In this document: in pieces, positions 1 through 11,525 of the stretch
Layout of the letters: each line of letters opens with the position of its first letter
How positions within the stretch are numbered: the first letter of the stretch is position 1
Translations under genes and position numbers: made by a program
Notes under the pieces: model-generated
The model's database searches: none
Told to the model about the DNA's origin: nothing
Seen by the model: only the letters and a program-made list of their open reading frames with translations
Source of the DNA: Eledone cirrhosa
Lineage: Eukaryota
Direction: 5' to 3'
NCBI GenBank assembly: GCA_964016885.1
Contig: OZ024743.1
Span: 123,690,001 to 123,754,000, forward strand
Length of the DNA stretch: 64,000 nucleotides

Positions 1-578
1 AACTCAGACCGTAAAGGGACGTAACTCTATGCTGCAAAGAATGGTGTCCGACTCTCTACCGATACTGCCAATCCACCGTCCTAGGCTAATAATAATAATA
101 ATAATGGTTTCTTATATAGGCACAAGGCCAGCATTTTGAGGGGGAGGGAGGAAGTATTTTAAATCGACCCTAGTACGTTACTGGTGCTTTATTTTATCGA
201 CTCCGTAAGGATGAAAAGCAAAGCTAACCTCGGCCTGGTTTGAACTCAGACCGTAACTCTATGCCACTATGCTCTACCGATTCTGCTCTGCCAATCATAA
301 TAATAATTGTTTCTATTTTAGGCACAAGGCCAGCAATTTGAAGGGGAGGGGAAAGTCGATTGAATAATAATTTATTATTATTATCTTAAGGGCGGTAGAG
401 TGGCAGTGTCGGCAGAGGGTCGGACGCCATGCTTTTATGTATAGAGTTACGGCCCTTGCCATTCTGAGTTCAAATCCCGCCGAGGTTAACTTTGCCTTTC
501 ATCCTTACGGGGTCGATAAAATAAAGTACCAGTAATTTACTGGGTAATTACTGGCCTTGTACCAAAGTAGAAACAATT
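1..578. mobile_element. Cluster of tRNA-derived SINE copies (1-80 -, 105-296 -, 306-362 - fragment, 390-578 +)
   Basis: A-box-like GGCGGTGGATTGGCAGTATCGGTAG, B box GAGTTCAAATCCC, core GCCGAGGTTAACTTTGCCTTTCATCCTTACGGGGTCGATAAAATAAAGTACCAGT, tail GGCCTTGTGCC...AAACAATTA. Confidence 0.85.
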
Positions 579-741
579 ATCTCAAACGTAGAAAATAACT
601 GTAAACATAGTCGATTGCTATAAATAACAGCTGTAGAAAATCGGGTAAAATACCCCTATAGATTGAAATGGAGGGGGTCAGCAGCTGCTACAGAGAATCG
701 ATCTGTGTGTCTCTATATAACATTAGTCCGTTACTCTGGAG

Positions 742-1270
742 CAGGGGCATGTAACAGGCGGCCCGCGGGCCACAATCCGGCCCACCAGACAGGTCAGAGT
801 AGCCCGCGATGACCGTTTTTAATTTTTACCTTGTAGGCTTATTTAGAATTTTTTTCGTAACCGTAATACGGTTTTCTGTTAGTTGACCTATACTAAAGGG
901 GTTCACTGGTGGGGTTATGTGTGGTATAATTTCCCATTTCCATGTTATGGAAAGAAGTTGCAGTGAATCTTTGGAATAGTGCTTAATTAATGGTTTCTTA
1001 TATAGGTACAAGGCCAGCAATTTTTGGGGAGGGGAAAGTCGATTAAAGCGACCCCAGTGCGTGACTAGTACTTTATTTTATCGATCCCTTAAGGATGAAA
1101 GGCAAAGTTAACCTCGGCGGTATTTGAACTCAGATCATAAAGGGCCGTAACTCTATGCTGCAAAGCAGGGCGTACGATCCTCTACCGTTACTGCCAATCA
1201 TATTAATGGCCCTAATAGTTGTTCCAATGTTCAAAAGTGGCCCTCCAATGGAATATGTTGCACACCCCTG
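742..1270. mobile_element. hAT (Charlie-like) MITE with a nested SINE
   Basis: Imperfect TIRs CAGGGGCATGTAAC (742) and GTTGCACACCCCTG (ends 1270); 8-bp TSD ctctggag/ttctggag; subterminal GCGGCCCGCGGGCCAC motif typical of hAT ends. Confidence 0.8.
988..1200 (-). mobile_element. SINE inserted in the hAT MITE
   Basis: Reverse complement of the same SINE consensus. Confidence 0.85.
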
Positions 1271-1530
1271 TTCTGGAGTTTCCACCAACCACACATCAGG
1301 AGAACAATATTATGGTATTGTGTACTTTTTTTCCTGTTTGTTGATACGAACATATATCAATTTATTGTTATATTCCTGTGTTGGTTCCAGTCATTAAAGT
1401 GCGACGATGCGGTGGTATCACGACCACATTAAAGGTTTTAGTTGATCATATTAACAACAGTTCTTATTTTCGAGTCTTGTACACATTTTATCGATCTGCT
1501 TTTGTAGAACCAGTAAGTTCCGAGTCATGA

Positions 1531-1569
1531 ACACACACACACACACAGACACACACAGACACACACACA

Positions 1570-1621
<52 letters not shown>

Positions 1622-1641
1622 GACACACAGACACACACACA

Positions 1642-1685
<44 letters not shown>

Positions 1686-1832
1686 TATAATCCGAAACCG
1701 CCTGGTTGAGAAGAGAACGGCAAGCAATGTGTGAATGTGTGTGTGTTTATAGACAAATAGATAGATACACACAGACATAAATGTATATACACACACACTC
1801 TCTTTCTCTTTCACACACACATAGACAGACAG

Positions 1833-1875
<43 letters not shown>
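1531..1875. repeat. (CA)n/(CAGA)/(TA)n microsatellites
   Basis: Directly visible. Confidence 0.95.
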
Positions 1876-2387
1876 CGATATATTAACAAATGGAAACTAT
1901 ATTTATAAAACCATATTTATTTCATTATACATATTTCAAGGACACCAAGTTAAATTATGGTGTGTTTTCATCAGACAAAATATAATATAGATCAGTTTTA
2001 TAAATAAATATTGACATACCCTTAAAGAATGCGACCATTCCTGTTGGAAGCTCCCGGATAGTGGGGTTATAAATTTATTTATACTATTATGCAAATTAGT
2101 GTCGGATATTTTTAAATATCCGGGAGCTTCCAACAGGAATGGTCGCATTCTTTAAGGGTATGTCAATATTTATTTATAAAACTGATCTATATTATATTTT
2201 GTCTGATGAAAGCACACCATAATTTAACTTGGTGTCCTTGAAATATGTATAATGAAATAAATATGGTTGTATAAATATAGTTTCCATTTGTTAATATATC
2301 GTATTTTTACTCCAATAATTTGTTGAGTGCTTTATATCAGTTATACAAATATTTGCTTGTTGTATCCCAACAAATTAAATAGACCTT
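1873..2387. mobile_element. Fold-back PLE-derived element (arms 1873-2060 and 2117-2304, tail to about 2387) between (TA)n tracts
   Basis: About 188-bp near-perfect inverted repeat with an HHR motif in each arm. Confidence 0.8.
2195..2259 (+). ncRNA. Type I minimal hammerhead ribozyme (mirror copy at 1918-1982, minus)
   Basis: tattttgt-CTGATGA-aagcacacca..tggtgtcctt-GAAA-tatgta-TA-atgaaata: helix I, helix II and a near-palindromic helix III. Confidence 0.75.
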
Positions 2388-2389
2388 CT

Positions 2390-2463
<74 letters not shown>

Positions 2464-2465
<2 letters not shown>

Positions 2466-2705
2466 CGAAGGAAATGTGGTAATGAACCAGGTGGACCATA
2501 ACGCACCAAAGTACTCAATACTTAGGGTAGTAGAGTGGGTAATAGGAACCAGTAAGACACCGACGGCTGAGCTCAAGCCGTTTCGACGGCTAATTCTGGA
2601 CTAAATGAAAATTTATCCTGATATACCAGGATAAATTTTCATTTAGTCCAGAATTAGCCGTCGAAACGGCTTGAGCTCAGCCGTCGGGGTCTTACTGGTT
2701 CCTAT
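2464..2705. mobile_element. Fold-back element (palindrome 2542-2705, tail 2464-2541); same family as 22995-23188
   Basis: Near-perfect inverted repeat with a 6-nt loop, flanked by (TA)n; carries GAAA-cggct..agccg-TC (3' half of an HHR). Confidence 0.75.
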
Positions 2706-2969
2706 ATATATATATATATATACCATCAAATAGGAATCCTGTGTTGGCTATAACAAAAGATCAATGGTATCAAAGTTTCAACGTGTATCAATACTGGCGA
2801 CACATTGTTTGAAGCAGCTACTGGCAGTAGTAGTTGGTTTTAAAAATTAACCTTACTCAGAAACAGACGACAGAGAGTGGCTGAAAGACAGAGAGGGAGA
2901 TAGACGGGGGGAGAAAGGTGACAGAGAGAGACTGGAAGACAAGGTCGACAGCCACAGACAAAAAGAATA

Positions 2970-3252
2970 CATGTGTGTCTGTACGTGTGTGTGTGTGTGT
3001 GTCTGTACGTATGGGTGTGTGGATGTGTGTCTGTACGTGTGTGTCTGTACGTGTGTGTGTGTGTGTGTCTGTACGTGTGTGTGTGTCTGTACGTGTGTGT
3101 GTGTGTGTGTGTGTGTGTCTGTACGTGTGTGTGTGGGTATGTGTGTGTGTGTGTCTGTACGTGTGTGTGTGTGTGTGTCTGTACGTGTGTGTGTGTGTGT
3201 GTCTGTACGTGTGTGTGTGTGTGTGTGTCTGTACGTGTGTGTGTGTGTGTGT
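2970..3252. repeat. Compound (GT)n/GTCTGTAC minisatellite
   Basis: Directly visible. Confidence 0.95.
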
Positions 3253-3607
3253 AGCTTTTTTAGCCTGAGACTGGGTAGTTCTGTGATCAAATATGTCTAT
3301 GATGTTTTCTCGGGCATTGCTTATCTAGGACAACATTATCCAACGTGTCCCACAATGTGTAAGTCAGTTAAATGTCATTTAAAAGCGACTTCATATCGAC
3401 TGTCACGTTGGGTCTTTTTCTTTTTAGGGGATATCTACACAAAGAATATTTAGAATATTCAATATTCCAACAAATATTGTATAGCACGTGTAGGTCACCA
3501 TTTTAATAACAAACAGCCCTTGTTTCTAGGACACAAAGTTGTTTATTTTAAATGTTTATATTTATCTAAAATCCTGTAAAATTATGTAATAACCCTTGTC
3601 TCTGACA

Positions 3608-3800
3608 GGTTTGCGGTCGTGCCCTAGGCAGTGGAGACTTCTGGTGCCCTTGGCCCTAGGGCTACCTCCCTACTTACCACCATAGGCACAGAGCTGGCCA
3701 GCCGCTTGTGTGAGCCTCGCGAGATGGATGGGCTCTTCCAGCGCATCTCCATTACCATCCTCCAGGAAACGCCTTCTCCATTCTGTCCGCCGGGGCTGTG
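3608..3800 (+). pseudogene. C-terminal relic of a restriction-like-endonuclease non-LTR retrotransposon (CRE-like)
   Basis: Translates to FAVVPLAVETSGALGPRA...LFQRISITIL, resembling the FxPxAxETxG...FQRxS C-terminus of CRE-type elements (recalled, not searched). Confidence 0.55.
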
Positions 3801-3911
3801 GGGCGGCCAGCACGTGAGACCCCATTTGCTCACAATATGAGAGGGCGAGAGAGATGGAGGCGATAACAGTTGGAGTTCGGCTCTTCGGTTTTCGGATATA
3901 TTTCACCTGTC

Positions 3912-4230
3912 ATTGGCAGTATCGGTAGAGGGTCGGACGCCATGCTGTCCAGCATAGTTATGTCCCTTTACGATCTGATTTCAAATCCCGCCGAGGTTAA
4001 CTTTGCCTTTCATCCTTACGGGGTCGATAAAATAAAGTACCAGTAATGCACTGGGTAATTGCTGGCCTTGTGCCTAAAGTAGAAATAATTATATGATATA
4101 TTCATCAAAGGGCGGTGGATTGGCAGTATCGGTAGAGGGTCGGACGCCATGCTTGGCAGCACAGTTACGTCCCTTTACGGTCTGATATCAAATACCCGCC
4201 AAGGTTAACTTTGCCTTTCATCCTTACGGT
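3912..4230 (+). mobile_element. Two tandem SINE copies (3912-4090; 4110-4230 truncated)
   Basis: Match to the SINE consensus. Confidence 0.85.
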
Positions 4231-4254
4231 CCTCTATATATATATATATATATA

Positions 4255-4700
4255 TATAAGTATGCATACATACATACATATATGTATACAGACGTACAGT
4301 AGTATGTATATATATATATATACATACATGCACACATATATATATATGTACGTATGGATTCACCGAACATTTATTATAATGCTCGGTGTGTTTGTAAACA
4401 AACATCCCGTATTAAGCCGTAGTGTCCAGCAACCATCGTTGCTCGTTTGTTCAACACTGACAACAAATGAGCAACGATGCTAGACACTACGGCTTAATTC
4501 GGGATGTTTGTTTACAAACACACCGAGCATTATAATAAATGTTCGGTGAATCCATACGTACATATATATATGTGTGCATGTATGTATATATATATACATA
4601 CTACTGTACGTCTGTATACATATATGTATGTACGTATACATACTTATATTTAAGTAACAGCCGTTCTAAGAGTGGGCAATGAAATTTCGTTTCATTTTTT
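4255..4700. mobile_element. Fold-back copy of the ~430-bp HHR repeat family (arms 4255-4451 and 4462-4648, tail to about 4700)
   Basis: Long inverted repeat between (TA)n tracts; sequence shared with the 20785, 26356 and 50445 loci. Confidence 0.8.
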
Positions 4701-4743
4701 CATTTTTATATATATATATATAAATAGATATATAAGACCAGGT

Positions 4744-4866
<123 letters not shown>

Positions 4867-4959
4867 ATATAACCTGGTCCTATATATATATATATATAGG
4901 ACAAGGTTATTATTGAATGAATGGTGTCATCTTCATTACTCAAGGATGAATATATCATA

Positions 4960-5078
4960 TAATTGTTTCTACTTTTGGCACAAGGCCAGCAATTATTCCA
5001 GTGTATTACTGGTACTTTATTTTATCGACCCCGTAAGGATGAAAGGCAAAGTTAACCTCGGCGGGTATTTGAACTCAG
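4960..5078 (-). mobile_element. SINE, head truncated
   Basis: Match to the SINE consensus. Confidence 0.8.
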
Positions 5079-5079
5079 T

Positions 5080-6042
5080 CCGATTTGAACGCAGACGAAA
5101 CCGACATAACCAAGGCAGGACTGGTGAATATGCTGGTGATCCGCACGGGTCATCCGCCGGCAACAGAACGGGCTGCGGCGTGCGGTGGGATAATGGTACT
5201 ACCCCGCACGCCTCGAGATATAATAGTACCATGGACCGAGATAGAGACATAGATAACAACTTAGGTAGCAATAGTAATAGCTTTACTTCAGGAACTAGGA
5301 GCGACCGTGACAGAAAATGCAACTCTCGTGACAGGAGAGGCTGCCCTCTCAGGGGAAACTGCCTGACTGATAAGGTTATTTATAGGTGCACCATAACTAA
5401 CCATAATGGAGTTAAACACTATATAGGGGCCACCTCTGGCCAGTTCAAAACGAGATTTAGAACTCATCTCCATTCTTTCAGAAACAAAAAACTAAGGCAC
5501 TCCATGTCACTTGCCAATTACGTCACTACATTAAAAGACGCCAACATCGGCCTCTCCACAATCAGTCATAAACTGTAAGCACCGAATGCAAGCGTCTTAC
5601 TTCGGGTGGGAAGCGACTGTGGCATGAAAACTATAAACTGGGTCCCCCTGCCCAAACCATAACACTCCGGTGGACAGGCGGCGTAAACAAACATCTGTGA
5701 ACTAAATATACTTCCCAGACCCGGCTCGAACCGGCATTAGTAAAGCAGCACCCACAAAATAATAACGCAAAACACCATCATGTGAACGGGTAAAAAAGCC
5801 AGTGGGACAAGATTATTCAAGCACCGGCCAGAGTTACTCCCCCTGCTCTGCGGCAATGACAACACACGTACTTAAGCGAAGAATGAACTCTGATAGGAAT
5901 TTAACCTTAAAACCCCTCCTGGGTCGCGTACTGATCATTTTTTTGTTTCCTATGCCCTTGAGAAGCCCGTTCTGGGCGAAACGTACATAGGTGCATTATT
6001 ATATAAACATGTTTTAACGGTATATACTCCTTTGTATTCATT

Positions 6043-6048
<6 letters not shown>
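5080..6048 (+). mobile_element. 5'-truncated Penelope-like element: GIY-YIG endonuclease relic plus 3' UTR
   Basis: CNSRDRRGCPLRGNCLTDKVIYRCTIT...HYIGATSGQFKTRFRTHLHSF (Cys motif, VIY-YIG, R..H); HHR-like motif at 5949-5991; ends at (TA)n. Confidence 0.75.
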
Positions 6049-6073
<25 letters not shown>

Positions 6074-6663
6074 ATGTGTTGCACAATAATCAGCTTTCTC
6101 TCTCACTTATCAAGCGTTCCCTGTAACATTTTACATTAAGTTATGTTCCAAACACAAACTTAACGAGAAAGTTTCGTATACGATGACTAAATCAGTTCAA
6201 GTTCTTGATTATTTTCAAAATTATTTGAAAATTACAAGCGGTTTCTTTTATTAGTGATATGTAGGGATTAATAAACATTCTAGTTTTTAGTTGGCAAAGT
6301 ATTGCTTTACTATTTCCCAAGAAAACCAGTTCTTGACATCCTTCCAAATCACTTTATTAACTATAATCTATACTGCCTGTAAATATAACACCTCTACAAC
6401 AAATATAATCACGCTAATACTGTTATAAACTCTCTTCTCACCACACGGTAAAGTTCATTGACTGTATATTAATGGCTCCTTTTGCCAACCAAAACTAGCG
6501 TTAATTATATCTAGTACCAGCCGCTTTTATCCTAAAATGTTCCTTAAATATAGATGTTGAAGATTGTAAAGTTTATCTTACAAATTTCTTAAAGATGATA
6601 AACATAATACTACAAAGTAGTCATACTGTCAAAACATTTGCTAAGTTAAACTTACAGACGAAA

Positions 6664-6725
<62 letters not shown>

Positions 6726-7095
6726 ATTTAAGCACAAGGCCAGCAATTCGGGGGAGGGTAAAGTCCATTAAATCGGCCCAAATGCGTGACTGGTACTTTA
6801 TTTTATCGACCCCGTAAGGATGAAAAGCAAAGCTAACCTCGGTGTGATTTGAAATCAGAACGTAAGGAGGCGTAACTCCATGCCACGAAGCATGGTGTCC
6901 GGCGCTCCACCGATATTGCCAACTCACCGCCCTAATAATAGTTTCTACTTTTGGTATTACTGGTACTTTATTTTATAGACCCCGTAAGGATGAAAGGCAA
7001 AGTTAACCTCGGCGGGATTTGAACTCAGAACGTAAAAGGCCATAACTCTATGTCGCAAAGCATGACGCTCCACCGATACTGCCAATCCACCGCCT
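6664..7095 (-). mobile_element. (TAG)n followed by two tandem SINEs (6728-6931, 6940-7095)
   Basis: Reverse complement of the SINE consensus. Confidence 0.85.
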
Positions 7096-9048
7096 TAATA
7101 ATATTAATAATGATAATAACAGGGTCTAGAAACAATTTTTTTTCCAAGAAAAGGTAACATTTATGAAAAGAGAGTAAATAAAGTGCTTTGTGTCAGGATG
7201 AAAATTCGTGTTCCCTTGTTTCTGTACGTTTAGTGAATGAGTTGTGTAGTGTGTGTGTGAGAGAGGGAGAGAGCGAGAGAGAGAGGTAGTGTGTGTGTGC
7301 GTGTGTGTGTGTGCTCGTGCGCGTGTGTGTGTGTGTGTGTGTGTGTGCGTGTGTGCGTGCGTGTGTGTTTACGTGTTTATACACACTTCATTTTCTGAAC
7401 AACTATTTTACAATAAATATAATCACGCTAGCATCAGTGCCTACATATTTACATGCCCATGTACTTGTACTCGTATGTTTGTATACGGAGAAATCTTTTG
7501 AAGTATTTTAACTTAAATACGGAATATAAACACGTTACGTGTTTATATATAACCAGCGTATGTCTATATTTTTGGTATTTTCTTGTATTTTTGTAGGTGT
7601 AAATTTGTGTAAACGAATAGAGGACATTTTTAGAAGTAATTTAAAATTAACCACAAGACTGAATTTGTTTGGTTTGTTGTATGCCTAAGAAATGCTCTTG
7701 GGTACATAAACGGGTATTAGCGCTCACATAATGTCTTTAACTTCTCTTCAAACTTACACATGTTAAAGTTATGGTAAATAGCTCTCTCGATTAGTGTTGT
7801 GGGCAATTTAAAAAACAAAATCAATTATGTAAATTGATACTTTACACAACTGCTTAACTTGCCAAAATAAATTGAGTTGATGTATTAAGCTGATGGCTGA
7901 ACGGTTTTCAAGTTTGCTTGCCTGTTCGATGAGTGAAAATAACTGGAAGTAATGAAAGAGTACAAAAAATAAACACCTTAGAGAATGAATCATAAAATCT
8001 AGTTTAGCATCAAGAAAATATTATTAATGTTACTGTCGGCTCAATAATTTTGCTTTAGATCGATTCAGCATTTTTTATCAGCAGCATTTATTTAGCAATG
8101 GCCCCTAGATACACCATACATGTACCTTTAAATATACATACTTAAATCTATGTACATATCCTCATATTTAACGATGAGCTTATATATATTGAAGAAAATT
8201 GGCAATTTTTTGCTAATATAGCTCTAATAACTTCAAAAACTCTTTACTCTTTTTTTAAATTATAATATTGATCAGACGTTATAAATGTTAAAGATTATAA
8301 ATCACTCATGTGGTTAAATGCATTAACTTCCTTTATTAAATTAAATAAATAATGTAAAGGAATTTATTGAAAGGAGCCAGTAATGTTTCCAGCCCCGTTT
8401 AGACTCATGTATATATCCAAAATCTAGCAACCTCACCAAACCTAGCGATCGTATGATTTTATATTTCATACTTTTAGACTTTCATACATCTTATTTACTT
8501 CATACTTGATGCTCTATTTTCTGTGAATTGAAGAACCAGGATGCTGTGACCTCAGTGCATTTTCTATGAATATTAAATACAAATAAAGTGGAACGGCTTC
8601 ATAAGAAAACGAAATTGCAGCACTTAATTCACTATTTATTTTTCATGTGGATGTTATCCTTGGGTTATATCTTTCCGGCCTTATGTTGTTTGGGCTTACT
8701 GCTGTATGTACATAGGCTGCATATTTCCTTCCTTTCTTTCTATTGACTTAAATGACACGTGAATTAATAAATTTAGTTGTGGAGGTCTAATAAGACGGAA
8801 ATAGCCCGTGTTGTCATTGTGTCTGTCAAATATGAGACTATTCAACCCTTCGTTAGATTGTCTATTTACAAGTTTAATGAATTAGAACTTTGGTGAGTCA
8901 GCCCATCTCAAAATAATTTTCATATATTCTTTATTTTTCACCCTTGCGATTATTTGATTGAACTGACAATTATTCAGCAATAATAACGTATTCTTGAGAA
9001 GGATATACTCCTGATTAATGTGTGTTAGCACTTAATTTACTCTTAATA

Positions 9049-9530
9049 GGGTGGTGGAATGACAGAATTGGTAGACCATCGGATAAAATACCATTGCGTT
9101 ATTTGTTCTGACTCTTTACATTCTGAGTTCAAATCCCGCCATGGTCAACTTTGCCTTCCATCCTTCCAGTGTGTATAAAATACAGGGTGTATAAAGTACC
9201 TGTTAAGTACTGGAGTTGATTTAATCAACTTTGCCCTTCATCCAAATGTGTTGGCCTTGTGTCTAAATTAGAAATTGGTATTAAAACCTACTATAGTCCA
9301 TTTAGTATTCATTTGTCTGATTAAAATTTTTTCCTCTAATAATTGTTTCCACTTTTGGCACAAGGCCAGCAATTACCCCAGTGTACATTACTGGTACTTT
9401 ATTTTATCGACCCCGTAAGGATGAAAGGTAAAGTTAACCTCGGCGGGATTTGAACTCAGAGCGTAAAGGGTCATAGCTCTATGCTGCAAAGCATGGAGTC
9501 TGACGCTCTACCGATACTGCCAAACCACCG
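9049..9530. mobile_element. Diverged SINE (+, 9049-9275) and younger SINE (-, 9341-9530)
   Basis: B box and core; the second copy is flanked by the direct repeat cctctaataat (TSD). Confidence 0.8.
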
Positions 9531-10097
9531 ACCTCTAATAATGAGCTAAGTAGACGAAAGGAAAGCTTGTCAACAGAAATTAATATTTTTCTTATAAACG
9601 ATTCAGAAGAAACGTGTAATGTCGACCCAAAGTATCGATGTGGCTAGGCAAGAATAAAATCAGTTCACAATACCCCTGTGTTCGACATTATTGCACAGAA
9701 CATTTTGAACTAACACTAACTTATAAACACCAGCAAAATTTGTGACGTGTATAAGAATTGCAAGCTACCAAATGACAGAGAATCCGTACCTTCTATATTC
9801 TGGCAGTTGAGGAGATGTCGTTTAACGGACACGACAATAACTAATGCGCACATGTAACGAGCTTTATATGAAACATTTGTCCGTGTTTTTAGTCGGATAC
9901 TTTGCTATTATGTATATTCTGTCAGGATATTTCCTAGATAAGGGCTTAAAAAACGGCTTGTCAATCCAGTCCTTCTATATATAGAGGATGTCTACACCGC
10001 ATTGGTAATTTTTTTCTTCTTCTTGCTTTTGCTCAACGAGGCAGGGGTCATCTTAAGCCAGCGCTCCCAAAGCATCATCGTGCGTAGAGCCGAGGGT

Positions 10098-10330
10098 CTG
10101 GCCTTGTCGTGGTGAGGGAGCTTGTGTGTTCCGTAAATCTGAGAGAGCATTGCTCCTGGTAGAGCCACCCTAGGCGGGCCGGTCTCTTGGGAAGGTTCCA
10201 GACCAACTGTGACCCGCAGCGAGTCGGCTCGCTGCCAAGATCACAGCCCCATCATCCGACTATTCTGCGGAGGACCAACAACCCGCCCAGAACCATCAAG
10301 CTGTTACGAAACCGACTAGAAGAAACCAGA
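10098..10330 (+). mobile_element. Possible 5' UTR fragment of an RTE/BovB-like LINE
   Basis: GCCTTGTCGTGGTGAGGGAGCTTG...GCCACCCTAGGCGG resembles recalled RTE/BovB 5' ends. Confidence 0.4.
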
Positions 10331-10602
10331 CTTCCCAACATTGGTAACAAATTTACTTAATCGAAATATGTAGAGTAGAACTTCCTGTAAGACATTGAAA
10401 ATAGTTCTGTTGAGTTAAATAATGACTTACCACTAAGTCATTTGATTAATTCAGAAAGATCCAGTTTACATAGACTTGTAAACATTGAATTCTTCTGTCA
10501 AATATATAACACATATGTCTACTGTATAACCATGCTTACATTCGTTAGTAAACTTTTCCATTTCTAATTACATGTTGTTGTTTAGACTTATGTCAGACAT
10601 TA

Positions 10603-10758
10603 GGCGGTGGATTGGCAGCATAGTTACGTCCCTTTACGGTCTGAGTTCAAATCCCGCCGAGGTTAACTTTGCCTTTCATCCTTACGGGGTCGATAAAATA
10701 AAGTACCAGTAATGTACTGGGTAATTGATGGCCTTGTGCCAAAAGTGGAAACAATTAT
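10603..10758 (+). mobile_element. SINE
   Basis: Match to the SINE consensus. Confidence 0.85.
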
Positions 10759-11247
10759 TGGGTATATATGATTACTACCATACCATCGCAGACCTGCTAA
10801 CTTCTAAAACCCCAAATGGGGAGTACCATGAAAAGAAGTGCTCCAAAACGGGGAGAAATGAGGCAAAATGGGGAAATTTTACATAATGAAAGCTATACAC
10901 ATTTTCACAAGAGAAGACATCTCTCCCCCACTCCAAAGTGGGTAGGAGATCTCCCCGTCTGACGGGGAGAATTGACAGATCTGCCATCGTGTATTTAGAC
11001 ATTGTGCACTCAAGACCACATTATCCAGCGCGGTCATCACCTGTAAGTGGTATTTCAAGGAGATGTATCAACTATATTTAGCAGGTCAAGCAACCGCGAA
11101 GATGCTCCCATAATTACAGGTATACATGAATGTGTTTATATACTTCGCGCAGGAATATTTTGGAATATCCAAGGCCATTGTGGTCGGTATAGTTTCTATG
11201 TTGCTATCGTACGACAGTATGTCTCTACTAGTATATGAAAAAACACG

Positions 11248-11525
11248 CGCGTGGTTTAGTAATTGTGGTGTTCAGTTCAGGATCATCAGGTCATGAGTTC
11301 GATTTCCGGCGGCACGTTATATCCTTCAATAGCTACATTGATCCAGATGTGTTGTATATGTAATTCAAGGGGCTTTGTCACGAACTGTGTCACGTTGAGT
11401 CTCCCAAAGAATCAAGTAATCGTTTTGCATGACCATGGAATGCTCATCCACTCGCACGTTAATTTCACAAGCAGGCTATTCCATTGTTCGAACAACTGGG
11501 GCCCTCATCATTGGAAACGATAGAG
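11248..11525 (+). mobile_element. Second, different tRNA-derived SINE family (diverged)
   Basis: A-box-like GTGGTTTAGT, B-box-like GAGTTCGATTTCC, distinct body. Confidence 0.5.

Noticed and set aside
390-480. tRNA genes at SINE heads
   Set aside because: A and B boxes are present but there is no cloverleaf, and each continues into the SINE core
4913-5578. 221-aa ORF as an intact gene
   Set aside because: The N-terminus is an antisense SINE read-through; only the GIY-YIG relic is meaningful, and it is truncated
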